DNA from: a virus
Length of the DNA: 32,000 bases
Direction: 5' to 3' (one strand)
Virus record (IMG/VR): IMGVR_UViG_3300029342_000256
Location: 39,024 to 71,023 of that record
The position numbers and the translations under genes were made by a program. Below the pieces are notes generated by a model, which was given only the letters and a program-made list of their open reading frames with translations, was not told the origin of the DNA and made no database searches. Below, one piece after another: positions 9,595 through 18,465 of the stretch. Each line of letters opens with the position of its first letter. The first letter of the stretch is position 1.

Positions 9595-10347
9595 TTATGA
9601 GATTTGAGAATCGGCGTTCTTCACATAGTCTTTCACTTTCTTCTGAAGCTGGTTGACTTTGCAAATCACGTTCTCCTCGTCGTCGATATCCTCGTAACTG
9701 CTGTCACAGCCGTCTACCACATTACCGTTTGCGGCAATGTAGAGCGTATCGAAGGCAATGCTGTTGTACTCTGTGGAGTAATCCGTTACCAGCTCGTCCA
9801 TGTCGGTCCTGAGCACCTCCGGTGCTCTTACGCCGATGCCGTTCTTGTTGGCACGGCCGGTATTGAGCAGCCAATTCAAATCGTCATCCTTGACCGAATG
9901 CTGTTTACCCTGGCCGAAGAAGGACAAGCCGCTCAGAATTTTTGCGTTGTCGTTGTCGCGGAACGCCTCGTGGAACATATCCACAGAGACATCGACCTCG
10001 CACATATCTGGCTCTTCCATCTTAGAATATGCCTCCAGCAGCGTCAGCGCGAGGTCGCGCATCTGCTCCTTCGACGTCGCTCCGTTGGTGGCGACATAGA
10101 AAGCAGCCGGCATCGTGTCATAACGCTCCGCAAGCTCAAAGTACCGCTTGATGGCCGGAACATTCAAAGACGGCTCGCCGCCCGTGAAAATGACGGAAGC
10201 AGGGTGGATATGCTTAGCGATGCCCGACAGAATTGCGGTTGAGATGTCAAGATTTTGCGCATCTCCGCGCAGGCAGTGTTCGCATTTCATGTTGCAGCGA
10301 CGAGTGACCTCAATGGCGAGGTAATTTACATAAATCTCCATTTTCAT
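9595..10347 (-). CDS. Radical SAM protein, 250 aa
   Basis: N-terminal CNMKCEHC (CxxxCxxC) plus FTGGEPSLN motif; ATG at 10347 with GGAG RBS. Confidence 0.9.
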   Translation of the reverse strand: MKMEIYVNYLAIEVTRRCNMKCEHCLRGDAQNLDISTAILSGIAKHIHPASVIFTGGEPSLNVPAIKRYFELAERYDTMPAAFYVATNGATSKEQMRDLALTLLEAYSKMEEPDMCEVDVSVDMFHEAFRDNDNAKILSGLSFFGQGKQHSVKDDDLNWLLNTGRANKNGIGVRAPEVLRTDMDELVTDYSTEYNSIAFDTLYIAANGNVVDGCDSSYEDIDDEENVICKVNQLQKKVKDYVKNADSQIS

Positions 10348-10372
10348 TTCTCCTTTTTTGTGATGGTTATGT

Positions 10373-10461
10373 GATATATAAAAGCCAGCACCCACGCGGG
10401 CGCTGACTGAACTTTCTTTTTTGTTTGTGATACTTCTTTGGTATGGTCTCAGCATACCGGC
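10373..10461 (-). promoter_or_regulatory. Repeated leader element, copy C
   Basis: CAGCACCCACGCGGGCGCTG hairpin (different bases, pairing retained) and GGTATG..CATAC hairpin. Confidence 0.75.
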
Positions 10462-10527
10462 GGAAGTGGAAATTGCCGCATTCACCTTCCAGGAACCTGA
10501 GAACTGAAGAACCGGAGAACTGCAAAG

Positions 10528-10561
10528 AAAAAGCGCCGTCCATTACGGGCGGCGCTTTTTT
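10528..10561. terminator. Rho-independent terminator (bidirectional look)
   Basis: AAAAAGCGCCGTCCATTACGGGCGGCGCTTTTTT. Confidence 0.8.
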
Positions 10562-10562
10562 A

Positions 10563-11480
10563 TCAAATTTTGTGGGTGCAGTACGGGCAGCGCTCGTCTG
10601 TCGCGTAGCAGATGCACTCGGTATCATCCTGCCAGGGGTGGCAGGTATTGATGCGGAACCGTGCGGAAAGCGCGGTTTCCAGATAGTCGGCCACAGGACC
10701 AATGGCGGCCATATCCCAGCGAAGCGGAAGCCCGTCGTCGGCATCCTCCTGTAAGGAGTGTTCGCCGGCGGCTTCCTTCGCCTCGTCCGTAGCGTCAGAT
10801 AGGAGGCCCTCCGGAAGCGCGTTGACGTGTTCCACGGAAAGCTCATTCACAGCTGCAAGAAGAGCCTCTTTCGGCGCTTCCCCGTTTACGCTGTGGCCTG
10901 TGACAACCGCGCAGATGAAGTCGAACACTGCGTTGTCGATGCGGTCGCCGGCCTCGGCGAGGAGGTCGTTGTCCTTGACAGGCTCCCTGCGGATGGTGCC
11001 ATGCGTCCACGGCCCCGTGTAGGTGCCGATGCTTGGCAGGCGCTCCAGCAGGGCTGCTTTCATGCCGTCAAGGTACGCCTTGTAGTGCTTCCTCTGGAAA
11101 CCCTCCGAACAGGGGTTATCCTTCTGAAGCAGTTCCACGGCATAGGCCCAGTCGCTGTCCTCAATGCCGATGTAAAACAGGCTGCTTTCGAGGATGACGC
11201 GCACATTGCGGCCAAGCCACTTGTCCTGCTTGACACGCGCAAAGCTGGGATACCTGTGCGTGAAGTTCTCCACAAAGCACTCCAGCACATCCTCCAGCTC
11301 GTTCGCACTGCCTTCGTCATCGAAGAGCCAGTCGCTGCCGGACAAATCCTTGGCGCTGAGGTCTTTCCGGAGGATGGTATCCTCACAGTCATCCTCGCGG
11401 CGAAGCACTGTGGTATAGTCGTTGTCGATATAGAACAGGCCCTCATACGGACCGCTCACACAAACATTACCTTTTCCCAT
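10563..11480 (-). CDS. Hypothetical protein, 305 aa
   Basis: Intact ORF with AAGGAG RBS; Cys-rich C-terminus (CICYATDERCPYC). Confidence 0.75.
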   Translation of the reverse strand: MGKGNVCVSGPYEGLFYIDNDYTTVLRREDDCEDTILRKDLSAKDLSGSDWLFDDEGSANELEDVLECFVENFTHRYPSFARVKQDKWLGRNVRVILESSLFYIGIEDSDWAYAVELLQKDNPCSEGFQRKHYKAYLDGMKAALLERLPSIGTYTGPWTHGTIRREPVKDNDLLAEAGDRIDNAVFDFICAVVTGHSVNGEAPKEALLAAVNELSVEHVNALPEGLLSDATDEAKEAAGEHSLQEDADDGLPLRWDMAAIGPVADYLETALSARFRINTCHPWQDDTECICYATDERCPYCTHKI

Positions 11481-11518
11481 TTTTTCATTTCTCCTTATTG
11501 TTAAAAAATCGTAGATTC

Positions 11519-11755
11519 TCAGATGTCGTCATCACCGACATCGAACCCCAAATGACAGAATCCAAACTCGTCGGACAGCCAGTTGGAAATCGTGTCGAGC
11601 CATTCTTCCCTACTTGCAAAATGGGACTGGTCGAATCTACTCGGCAGCTCGACTTCCTTCGGCAGGGAGGCAAGAGCCTCCCTGCCGCCATCGGTATCCC
11701 AAAGGATATTGCGGATTTTTATTATTTCTCCTTTCAGTCGGCGGACACATACCAC
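11519..11755 (-). CDS. Hypothetical protein, 78 aa
   Basis: Small intact ORF overlapping the start region of the operon. Confidence 0.6.
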   Translation of the reverse strand: MVCVRRLKGEIIKIRNILWDTDGGREALASLPKEVELPSRFDQSHFASREEWLDTISNWLSDEFGFCHLGFDVGDDDI

Positions 11756-12138
11756 CAGCCGGTGTATCTGTCTTCTTCGTGATTTCTTTCGTCCTCCTTG
11801 TGGTCGTAGTAGCCGGTGTGGAGGTCAAAGGCCTCCCCTCGTTCGTTGTAAAGCTGCCACAGGAGGTCGCACAGCGCGTTCGCGGCAGATTCTGTCTTGC
11901 ACAGAATCTGGTCTCCATCGCTCCAGACTTCGCCATCGGAATAGTCGCGAACCCGCGCACAGATGAACGAAAAGAAATCCTTTTCTGCATAGCTGTCGCA
12001 GTTCACGGAGATATCGAGCGTTTTGCTGACATTCTCAATCTCGTCGTAGTGTCTTTTGACGAGATAGTTGTTCACGATGAACTGCATCCGCTTGGAGCAC
12101 ACGCCCACATGAGCACAGTTGAGACAAGTCTTCTGCAT
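11734..12138 (-). CDS. Hypothetical Cys-containing protein, 134 aa
   Basis: Intact ORF (QKTCLNCAHVGVCSKRMQF...). Confidence 0.7.
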   Translation of the reverse strand: MQKTCLNCAHVGVCSKRMQFIVNNYLVKRHYDEIENVSKTLDISVNCDSYAEKDFFSFICARVRDYSDGEVWSDGDQILCKTESAANALCDLLWQLYNERGEAFDLHTGYYDHKEDERNHEEDRYTGWWYVSAD

Positions 12139-12139
12139 A

Positions 12140-12799
12140 TCAGCAATCCTCCTTCATAGCGTGGTCCTGGCAGCCGTTATCGCCCAGTCTCGGAGCCTTT
12201 CCGGTAACGAAGGGCAGCTTGCAGATGCCGTGCGGATTGAAGACACAGAACTCCGCGTCGCATTCCGTACACAGCTTCTCCAGTTCGGCGTAGTTGACCG
12301 GCTTGGTGCCGGGGCTTCGCTCAATCTTCGTCAGATATTTCAGGCTGGCATTCATGGTATTCCCGGTTCTGAGCAGGTAGTTGAACATACCGTTTCCGGT
12401 ATCGTCCTTCTCAACGCTCAAGAACATCACAGCGGCACCGTTGGAATCCGAAAGCATTTTGACGATTTTGACCGTGGCACGGGAAGCGTTCTCCGTCCCA
12501 AAGCCATAGGCACAAACATCGCCGACCTTCAGCTCCTGTGCAGGCTGATTATGACGGCAGGTATCGGTCTCGGAGTTGTAATCGCAGTTCTCCACGCACT
12601 TGTCCTCCGGATGCTGGCAGGCGTCGCAGAGCATCAGCCGATTGCCGCAATGAGGGCAGAACGCCTTGTAGCCGTCTGCGGCCACATTCCATCGCATCTC
12701 AACCTCTGCTTCGCAATGCGGGCAGACCTCTGTCACGATATACTCGCGGTCTTTGCAGGAACCGGTGGTTTTCTCACTAATATTAGTCATAATTCTCAT
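12140..12799 (-). CDS. Zinc-ribbon-containing hypothetical protein, 219 aa
   Basis: CPHC...CPHCGNRLMLCDAC...C Cys pairs near the N-terminus. Confidence 0.75.
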   Translation of the reverse strand: MRIMTNISEKTTGSCKDREYIVTEVCPHCEAEVEMRWNVAADGYKAFCPHCGNRLMLCDACQHPEDKCVENCDYNSETDTCRHNQPAQELKVGDVCAYGFGTENASRATVKIVKMLSDSNGAAVMFLSVEKDDTGNGMFNYLLRTGNTMNASLKYLTKIERSPGTKPVNYAELEKLCTECDAEFCVFNPHGICKLPFVTGKAPRLGDNGCQDHAMKEDC

Positions 12800-12814
12800 T
12801 CTCCTTCTTTTTTG

Positions 12815-13513
12815 TCAGTCACGCCAGTATGCGCCGTCTTTCGCTTCGCCCTTCGGGAAAACGGTATACTCTGTTCCGTGCAGCACGATGTACTCATGGT
12901 TCAGAACATTGACAGAATCTCCAACGTCAATGGTCTGAATGTTGAATACCTGCTTTGTGTCCAGACAGACGTCTGCCTTTGTCGCCGCAATGCAATTTCC
13001 GCCGTCCCAAACGGAGACATAAGGGATGTTGCGAACGATGGAAGGCTCTTCCTCAGTGCTCTGCTCAGCTTTCTCCAGAGCTGCCCGTACCTCGCCAATC
13101 TGCCAAGAAGGCATCAACGGGAATCCGGCTCTCGTATAGAGACCGCCGCCCGCCTCCGCCTTCTCCAAGGCGGCCTTTGCGGCGTCCTCGGATGCGAAGA
13201 TGGTGTACTGGCTGACCTCGATACCGGGCAAGTAGGAAAACGTCTTCGTTTTACCATCAGAGCATTCGACTTCGGTCATTCCCGAATAGGCAACGCCCGT
13301 CCAGCCAAACCAACCGGGTTCCACAAACTCGGAGAAGGTCACAGTAGACACCGTTACCTTCACGACCGCCAAATCTCTCGTGGACGGACGATACAGCCGA
13401 CCGTATTTGTTGACCTTCTGCTTAAAGGTGATTGCGTACACCTCGGAGCCAATGCCGATGGGAACGCCGTCAGCAGTCTTGCACGCTGGTAAGAGATATG
13501 CCTTGTTTTTCAT
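12815..13513 (-). CDS. Hypothetical protein, 232 aa
   Basis: Intact ORF preceded by RBS and leader copy D. Confidence 0.75.
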   Translation of the reverse strand: MKNKAYLLPACKTADGVPIGIGSEVYAITFKQKVNKYGRLYRPSTRDLAVVKVTVSTVTFSEFVEPGWFGWTGVAYSGMTEVECSDGKTKTFSYLPGIEVSQYTIFASEDAAKAALEKAEAGGGLYTRAGFPLMPSWQIGEVRAALEKAEQSTEEEPSIVRNIPYVSVWDGGNCIAATKADVCLDTKQVFNIQTIDVGDSVNVLNHEYIVLHGTEYTVFPKGEAKDGAYWRD

Positions 13514-13547
13514 TTTTTTCGTTTCTCCTTTTTGTTTATGAAATTTT

Positions 13548-13636
13548 TATATATAAAAGCCAGCATCCGCAACGGACGCTGACTGAACTTTCTTTGTGTT
13601 TGAGATACTTCTTTTGTATGATTTCAGCATACCGGC
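13548..13636 (-). promoter_or_regulatory. Repeated leader element, copy D
   Basis: CAGCATCCGCAACGGACGCTG hairpin and GGTATGCTGAAATCATAC. Confidence 0.75.
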
Positions 13637-13707
13637 AGAAGATAAAAAATCACCTATTTCCTGATGGAGAACCTAAGAATATGAGAACTCGATTGTGGCA
13701 AAACATG

Positions 13708-13746
13708 GAAAAAGCGCCGGCGGATATTTTCATCCACCGACGCTTC
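13708..13746 (-). terminator. Imperfect terminator-like hairpin
   Basis: AAAAAGCGCCGGCGGAT...ATCCACCGACGCTTC next to the end of ORF 13752-14747. Confidence 0.45.
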
Positions 13747-13751
13747 AGTTG

Positions 13752-14747
13752 TTAAGTCGCGTGGAGCTTCCACTCGCTCTTCTCGCGGTCCACCGTATAG
13801 ATGAATGGCAGCGTGCCAGCCATCTCCCAGTTGATATACTTGCTGGGTTCCTGCGTTGTGACGACGCGATTGATGACGATGTGGCCTTCCCTGTCGGACT
13901 CGACATACTTGCCGTCACCGTCCTCGATAAAGGAGTTGACGCTGAAATCCTGACCGGAACGGTACTGCTTCAGCTCAATCGCCATCCAGATGACCTCATG
14001 GAAGCCAGCCTTAGCGGCCTCAATGGTATCGGCAGCGAATTTGTACCCGTAGCAGCCATCGCCGTCTTCCAGCATGATGCTGTTCACATATTTCTGCTCT
14101 TCCGCATCCCACTCCTTCAGGAGCTTCTTGTAGTCCATCTTCTCGTAGGTAGGACGGATGATGCGAAGCACTGCTTCCTGCTCGTCCTTTGATAAGGGGC
14201 GCACTGCCTCTACACAGACATCACCGAGCCACAGAGATACCGTGAGGTATGGCTTTGCGAGCTTGGTGCAGTATTCGTCTACATCCGCATAGATGTTACA
14301 GTAGGAATCGTTCTGCTCCGTTTCAAAAAAGGTTCCGAATAGTCGGTCCACATCGGAAATGCCTTCCAGCATGACGTTCCACGTCTGCGTTTCATCGTCA
14401 AATAGGAAAGCATCGTTATTATAACGGTCAACGCAGAAATCAGAGTCGGTGATTTCTGCTCCCATGAGCTTCAGGGAGTCGATTTTTGCCAGTGACTTTC
14501 CCTTCTCTTCCTCTGAGCTTTCAACGAGACGAAGAGATGACGTAAGGAAATTTGACCGCTTCTCGTCCTGAAACAGCACCTCTACCATCTGGAGGTAAGG
14601 CTTGGTCTTCAGAAGGGCCATGATTCTGCCCGTCTGGTTATGGCGCTTGTTGCCGGAGGTGATGACCTGTACGGCGTCGAACAGGTGAAGGTTGATGCCA
14701 TTGACATCCTTTACTTCGCTCCACTTCGGCATGATTCTATTATTCAT
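13752..14747 (-). CDS. Hypothetical protein, 331 aa
   Basis: Intact ORF with AAAGGAG RBS. Confidence 0.75.
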   Translation of the reverse strand: MNNRIMPKWSEVKDVNGINLHLFDAVQVITSGNKRHNQTGRIMALLKTKPYLQMVEVLFQDEKRSNFLTSSLRLVESSEEEKGKSLAKIDSLKLMGAEITDSDFCVDRYNNDAFLFDDETQTWNVMLEGISDVDRLFGTFFETEQNDSYCNIYADVDEYCTKLAKPYLTVSLWLGDVCVEAVRPLSKDEQEAVLRIIRPTYEKMDYKKLLKEWDAEEQKYVNSIMLEDGDGCYGYKFAADTIEAAKAGFHEVIWMAIELKQYRSGQDFSVNSFIEDGDGKYVESDREGHIVINRVVTTQEPSKYINWEMAGTLPFIYTVDREKSEWKLHAT

Positions 14748-14764
14748 GTTTCATTTCTCCTTTT

Positions 14765-15178
14765 TTAAGTCCACATCAAATTTATGCCGCCAACCTGCTC
14801 CACACGCTCTGTGATTTTCTGCGCGTCCTTCATACCGGGAATCGCGAATCTTGCGTTCCAAGCACGAATCAAATCCGACAAGGTTTTATCCTTGACGGGC
14901 ACGGCAAAATCACAGCAGAAGTTGTATAGGGGCTGGTCCAGCATTTCCTCGTACACATCTTCGGTTCCTTCCACAATACGAATCCGCTTGGCTGTATCGT
15001 GGATGTTGATGCGTCCGAGGTAGAGATGTCCGTGCAGTTCCTTCAGAGCCTTCAGCTTTTCTCGGTTCAGGTCGTTCAGAACACTGTCGGCCTCCGGCAG
15101 ATTCAAAATGCCGCCGACGGAACGGATATGCTCCATCTCGGCTTGCATAAGCTGGTCGATTTTTTCCTGTGCGTTCAT
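14765..15178 (-). CDS. Hypothetical protein, 137 aa (from MNAQEKIDQLMQ)
   Basis: RBS GAAAGGAGAAAAC immediately before ATG at 15178. Confidence 0.7.
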   Translation of the reverse strand: MNAQEKIDQLMQAEMEHIRSVGGILNLPEADSVLNDLNREKLKALKELHGHLYLGRINIHDTAKRIRIVEGTEDVYEEMLDQPLYNFCCDFAVPVKDKTLSDLIRAWNARFAIPGMKDAQKITERVEQVGGINLMWT

Positions 15179-15191
15179 GTTTTCTCCTTTC

Positions 15192-15563
15192 TCAAGCTGC
15201 CATCTGGTACAGCCATGCTTCAAAGTCTTCATAGTCCATCAGCCGTCCATCCACCTCGACGAATCCAGGCTGCGTTGTGCCGCGAACAACGGAAAAGGAA
15301 TCTCCGCCGCCACAGAAAACGCGAATGTTCGTTCTGGAGATGCTCTCGCAGCGCAAGTAATACGAGCCGAGGCGTTCCCAAATTCGGGACATCTCCTCGT
15401 CGGTCGCTTCCCAACTGCGGTTTTGGCTGGTACGGACCTTTGTTGCGGATACGGACAACTCAACCTGCTCCGTATCTTCCGGCAGCCCAAGCTCCGCGCA
15501 GACCTCTTTCCACTTTGTTTCGTCACCGAAACCCCTCTTAAACATCATTGCTTTCATGTTCAT
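15192..15563 (-). CDS. Hypothetical protein, 123 aa
   Basis: Intact ORF with RBS; downstream of leader copy E. Confidence 0.7.
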   Translation of the reverse strand: MNMKAMMFKRGFGDETKWKEVCAELGLPEDTEQVELSVSATKVRTSQNRSWEATDEEMSRIWERLGSYYLRCESISRTNIRVFCGGGDSFSVVRGTTQPGFVEVDGRLMDYEDFEAWLYQMAA

Positions 15564-15589
15564 TTCTCCTTTTTGTTTATGAATTTTTT

Positions 15590-15677
15590 ATATATAAAAG
15601 CCAGCATCCGCAACGGACGCTGACTGAACTTTCTTTGTGTTTGAGATACTTCCTTTGTATGCTCTGAGCATACCGGC
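15590..15677 (-). promoter_or_regulatory. Repeated leader element, copy E
   Basis: CAGCATCCGCAACGGACGCTG hairpin and GTATGCTCAGAGCATAC. Confidence 0.75.
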
Positions 15678-15801
15678 AAATATGGAAACACGCCTATTTT
15701 AATGTTGGGAACCTGAGAACCGAAGAATACATATCGTCACGCGCAATGTCCGCTTCACGCTGGCGGAACTGCTCGATTGGATTTAAGAAACGGAGAATAG
15801 C

Positions 15802-15832
15802 AAAAAAACGCCGCCCATCTGGGCGGCGTTTC
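15802..15832 (-). terminator. Rho-independent terminator
   Basis: AAAAAAACGCCGCCCATCTGGGCGGCGTTTC directly after the sigma factor stop. Confidence 0.8.
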
Positions 15833-17005
15833 TTATTCAAGAAAGTCCTGAAGCATCTTCCCTGCCTTTCCGTTGCGTAGCTTATCGAGTGTTTTATCTG
15901 TAACCTGACGGACACGCTCTCGCGTTAAGTCCATTTCGTCCCCGATTTCTTTGAGGGTATAAGCACAACCATCCTCCAATCCGAATCGTAAGCGAAGCAC
16001 ACAGGCGTCTCGTGCGGGCATATCGTGCAGGATTTTGTCCATCGTTTCCCATAGTGCCTTCCCTGACGTTGAAATTTCCGGGTTATCCCACTCGTTATGG
16101 CTTGGGATGAATTCCGAAAGCGGTGTGTTGGAATCGCTTGCGGCGTCCGAATTGACGGGCGCATCCAACGAGTCCGGCTTCCGGTACTGGAGCGAGTGTT
16201 GGATAATGCGCAGTTTTTTCTGCTGCTCCCTTTTTGAAAGGGAATCCCACGCATCCCCCTCCATGTATTTTGCGATTTCTAAAGGGTCATCACAAGGTAA
16301 GCCTTTTTGTTGCATTTGTTCTTTTGCATTATTGACGCTCCGCCTGCCCTCCGCAACATAGATGGGCTTGCGAATGGCTGGGTCCGTCGTGGCAAGCGCT
16401 CTTGTGATGTTTTGCCTTATCCAGAAGGTTGCGTAGGTGGAAAACTTCACATTCCTCGAAATGTCAAAAGAGTCGATGGAACGCATGAGGCCAATGTTGC
16501 CCTCCTGAATGAGGTCCATGAACACCATAGAATCGGCTGAGTTTATATATTTCTTTGCGATGGACACAACAAGCCGAAGATTGCCCTCAACAACCTTATC
16601 TTTCGCCCGTCTTCCTGCTTCTATGGCCTTCATCAGGTCTTTCTTGATTTCGGGGTCAACTGCATTCCCGCTCTCCTCGGCAATCACCCGCAGCGTTTCG
16701 AGCTGTTCGGCAGCGGCATTCCCCTTCTGCACTTTTTCAATGCAGCGATTCGCTTCCACCTGCGGCATAATGGGGATGCTGCCAATTTGGCTGAGATACA
16801 TCGCCACATGGTCGCCGATATTTCCCGGTTGCTTCGCTTCGGCCTCCTGTTCATTCGAAGCTGCGATTTCTTCTGTTTCAGGCTGCTTTTCAATGGCTTC
16901 ATAGGCAAGCGCACGGTCAGCGGCTAAATTACTGGTATTCGTGATGACAACCAACCCCCCTTCACTGAATGAAGCAATTATACCACACAATAGCTTATTT
17001 GTCAA
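15833..17005 (-). CDS. RNA polymerase sigma-70 family factor (primary-like; start codon uncertain)
   Basis: VVEGNLRLVVSIAKKYINSADSMVFMDLIQEGNIGLMRSIDSFDISRNVKFSTYATFWIRQNITRAL (region 2) and LRLRFGLEDGCAYTLKEIGDEMDLTRERVRQVTDKTLDKLR (region 4). The promoter at 16977-17005 lies inside the listed ORF, so the real start is likely below about 16960. Confidence 0.95.
   Translation of the reverse strand: MTNKLLCGIIASFSEGGLVVITNTSNLAADRALAYEAIEKQPETEEIAASNEQEAEAKQPGNIGDHVAMYLSQIGSIPIMPQVEANRCIEKVQKGNAAAEQLETLRVIAEESGNAVDPEIKKDLMKAIEAGRRAKDKVVEGNLRLVVSIAKKYINSADSMVFMDLIQEGNIGLMRSIDSFDISRNVKFSTYATFWIRQNITRALATTDPAIRKPIYVAEGRRSVNNAKEQMQQKGLPCDDPLEIAKYMEGDAWDSLSKREQQKKLRIIQHSLQYRKPDSLDAPVNSDAASDSNTPLSEFIPSHNEWDNPEISTSGKALWETMDKILHDMPARDACVLRLRFGLEDGCAYTLKEIGDEMDLTRERVRQVTDKTLDKLRNGKAGKMLQDFLE
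16977..17005 (-). promoter_or_regulatory. Consensus sigma-A promoter TTGACA-N17-TATAAT
   Basis: Minus strand TTGACAAATAAGCTATTGTGTGGTATAAT. Confidence 0.8.
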
Positions 17006-17053
17006 TCAAAAGGCCGCCAGCGATGTGCTGACGGCCTTCCAGAATGGGAGAGA

Positions 17054-17557
17054 CTATTTTTGCTGTTGTGCGCGGAGTTGCTCCACCTCCGCCCTCCAGC
17101 GCGGTGTGGCCGCACTGATTGCCTGAACGGCACTTGGCGTGGTAGAGAGAGCCAGAATATCAGCTTCCGTCTTCACGCCTTCCAGACGGCGACACATCTC
17201 CTCGTAGGTCGTGCTGTTGTCTGCCGTAATCCAACAACCGCAGATGTCGTTTGAACCGTCATCTTTGCGCCGACCGGCGGGAGTGGGAATCTCAATGCAC
17301 CAGAGGGCAAACTCGAAATATTCGGTGCTGCGGAATACATCCTGCACAAAGGGGTTTGCCTTTTTGAGTTGCTCCACAAGAGGACGCACACAGTTTTTCT
17401 CCTGTTCATCCCTCAGTTTCGCAAGCGATATATTAAGTAATTCGAGAAAATACGTTTCCTCGCCGCTTAATTTTTTCCCGTCAGCCGCCTTCTGAGTGAG
17501 TTGCTTTCTCCGCTCCAAAAGCTCTTCAGCCGTTGGGAACTTACCGTTTTCAAGCAT
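17054..17557 (-). CDS. Hypothetical protein, 167 aa
   Basis: Intact minus-strand ORF. Confidence 0.65.
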   Translation of the reverse strand: MLENGKFPTAEELLERRKQLTQKAADGKKLSGEETYFLELLNISLAKLRDEQEKNCVRPLVEQLKKANPFVQDVFRSTEYFEFALWCIEIPTPAGRRKDDGSNDICGCWITADNSTTYEEMCRRLEGVKTEADILALSTTPSAVQAISAATPRWRAEVEQLRAQQQK

Positions 17558-17561
17558 GATA

Positions 17562-18089
17562 TTACACCTCCAAAATTTCGATTCCGTACTTTTCCAACAT
17601 GAGTTTGCGTTTCATGAGATACTTTTCGGTTCGTTTTCCCTTCGCGTCTTCCACGATGCGTTTACCGTTGCGAAGGTATACGAAATCTGCCTTGTAGACC
17701 ATTGGTCGAACCCGCTTGCCATTTGGCCGTGTATAGCCCTCGACCAGCGTGAAGTCCTGCTGGAGCCGCAGGTCCTGGATTGCACCTCCCTTGTACTGCA
17801 AATACAGTTCATCGAAGCGCCGTGCCTCCCGCTTGCTGGGGAATTTCACGGTTTCTCCATCCACCACACGAATGACCTTTATGTTGCGATATTTGGATGG
17901 CTCAGCAGAGTCCGCTTCTTTCGGCTGTTTTTGCCTTTTCTGTGCTTCCGACTGTTTTTTTGTTCGCTGCTGGTTCTGTTCGCGCTTCTGCTCGTCGAGC
18001 TTTGCACGCACCTGAATCTGTGCGGAAAGCGGCAGGCTATTGATGTCAATACCCACCTTCAGTTCCTCCGCCTGTTTGTGGCGCAGCAT
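17562..18089 (-). CDS. DUF1064-like phage-type nuclease domain protein
   Basis: KYRNIKVIRVVDGETVKFPSKREARRFDELYLQYKGGAIQDLRLQQDFTLVEGY...YKADFVYLRNGKRIVEDAKGKRTEKYLMKRKLMLEKYGI. Confidence 0.75.
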   Translation of the reverse strand: MLRHKQAEELKVGIDINSLPLSAQIQVRAKLDEQKREQNQQRTKKQSEAQKRQKQPKEADSAEPSKYRNIKVIRVVDGETVKFPSKREARRFDELYLQYKGGAIQDLRLQQDFTLVEGYTRPNGKRVRPMVYKADFVYLRNGKRIVEDAKGKRTEKYLMKRKLMLEKYGIEILEV

Positions 18090-18465
18090 TTTGGTTGCTT
18101 CCTTCTCGCAGCAGAATCAAATTCATGACCCTCCATACCGTCCAGATACACAGATGGCGAACTATGCTTCTGCTGGTGCCGTGCAGGTCGGCGATTTGCG
18201 AAAACGTCATTCTGTCACGAAAATACTTTTGGACGATATCGCGGTTTCGCTCAGGAAGTGTGTCCAGCGCTTCATCGAACATCTCGTTAAAGCCCGGTGT
18301 AAATGAAATTTGATTCTTACCCCATGCTGAAATTTGATTTTTACACCAGGCAAAGGATGTATCGTACATAATGGCCGCCTTCCGCCACTCCTCCGGGGCG
18401 AACTCAGGCTTGTTAATCTTGTCTGTCGTTTGTTTCTTTGTCATTTTTGTTTCTCCTTCCAACAA
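18046..18465 (-). CDS. Sigma-70 region 4-like HTH protein, 139 aa
   Basis: FDEALDTLPERNRDIVQKYFRDRMTFSQIADLHGTSRSIVRH. Confidence 0.65.
   Translation of the reverse strand: MLEGETKMTKKQTTDKINKPEFAPEEWRKAAIMYDTSFAWCKNQISAWGKNQISFTPGFNEMFDEALDTLPERNRDIVQKYFRDRMTFSQIADLHGTSRSIVRHLCIWTVWRVMNLILLREGSNQNAAPQTGGGTEGGY

Noticed and set aside
12119-13492. Plus-strand 457-aa ORF
   Set aside because: Shadow ORF opposite the 12140-12799 and 12815-13513 genes.
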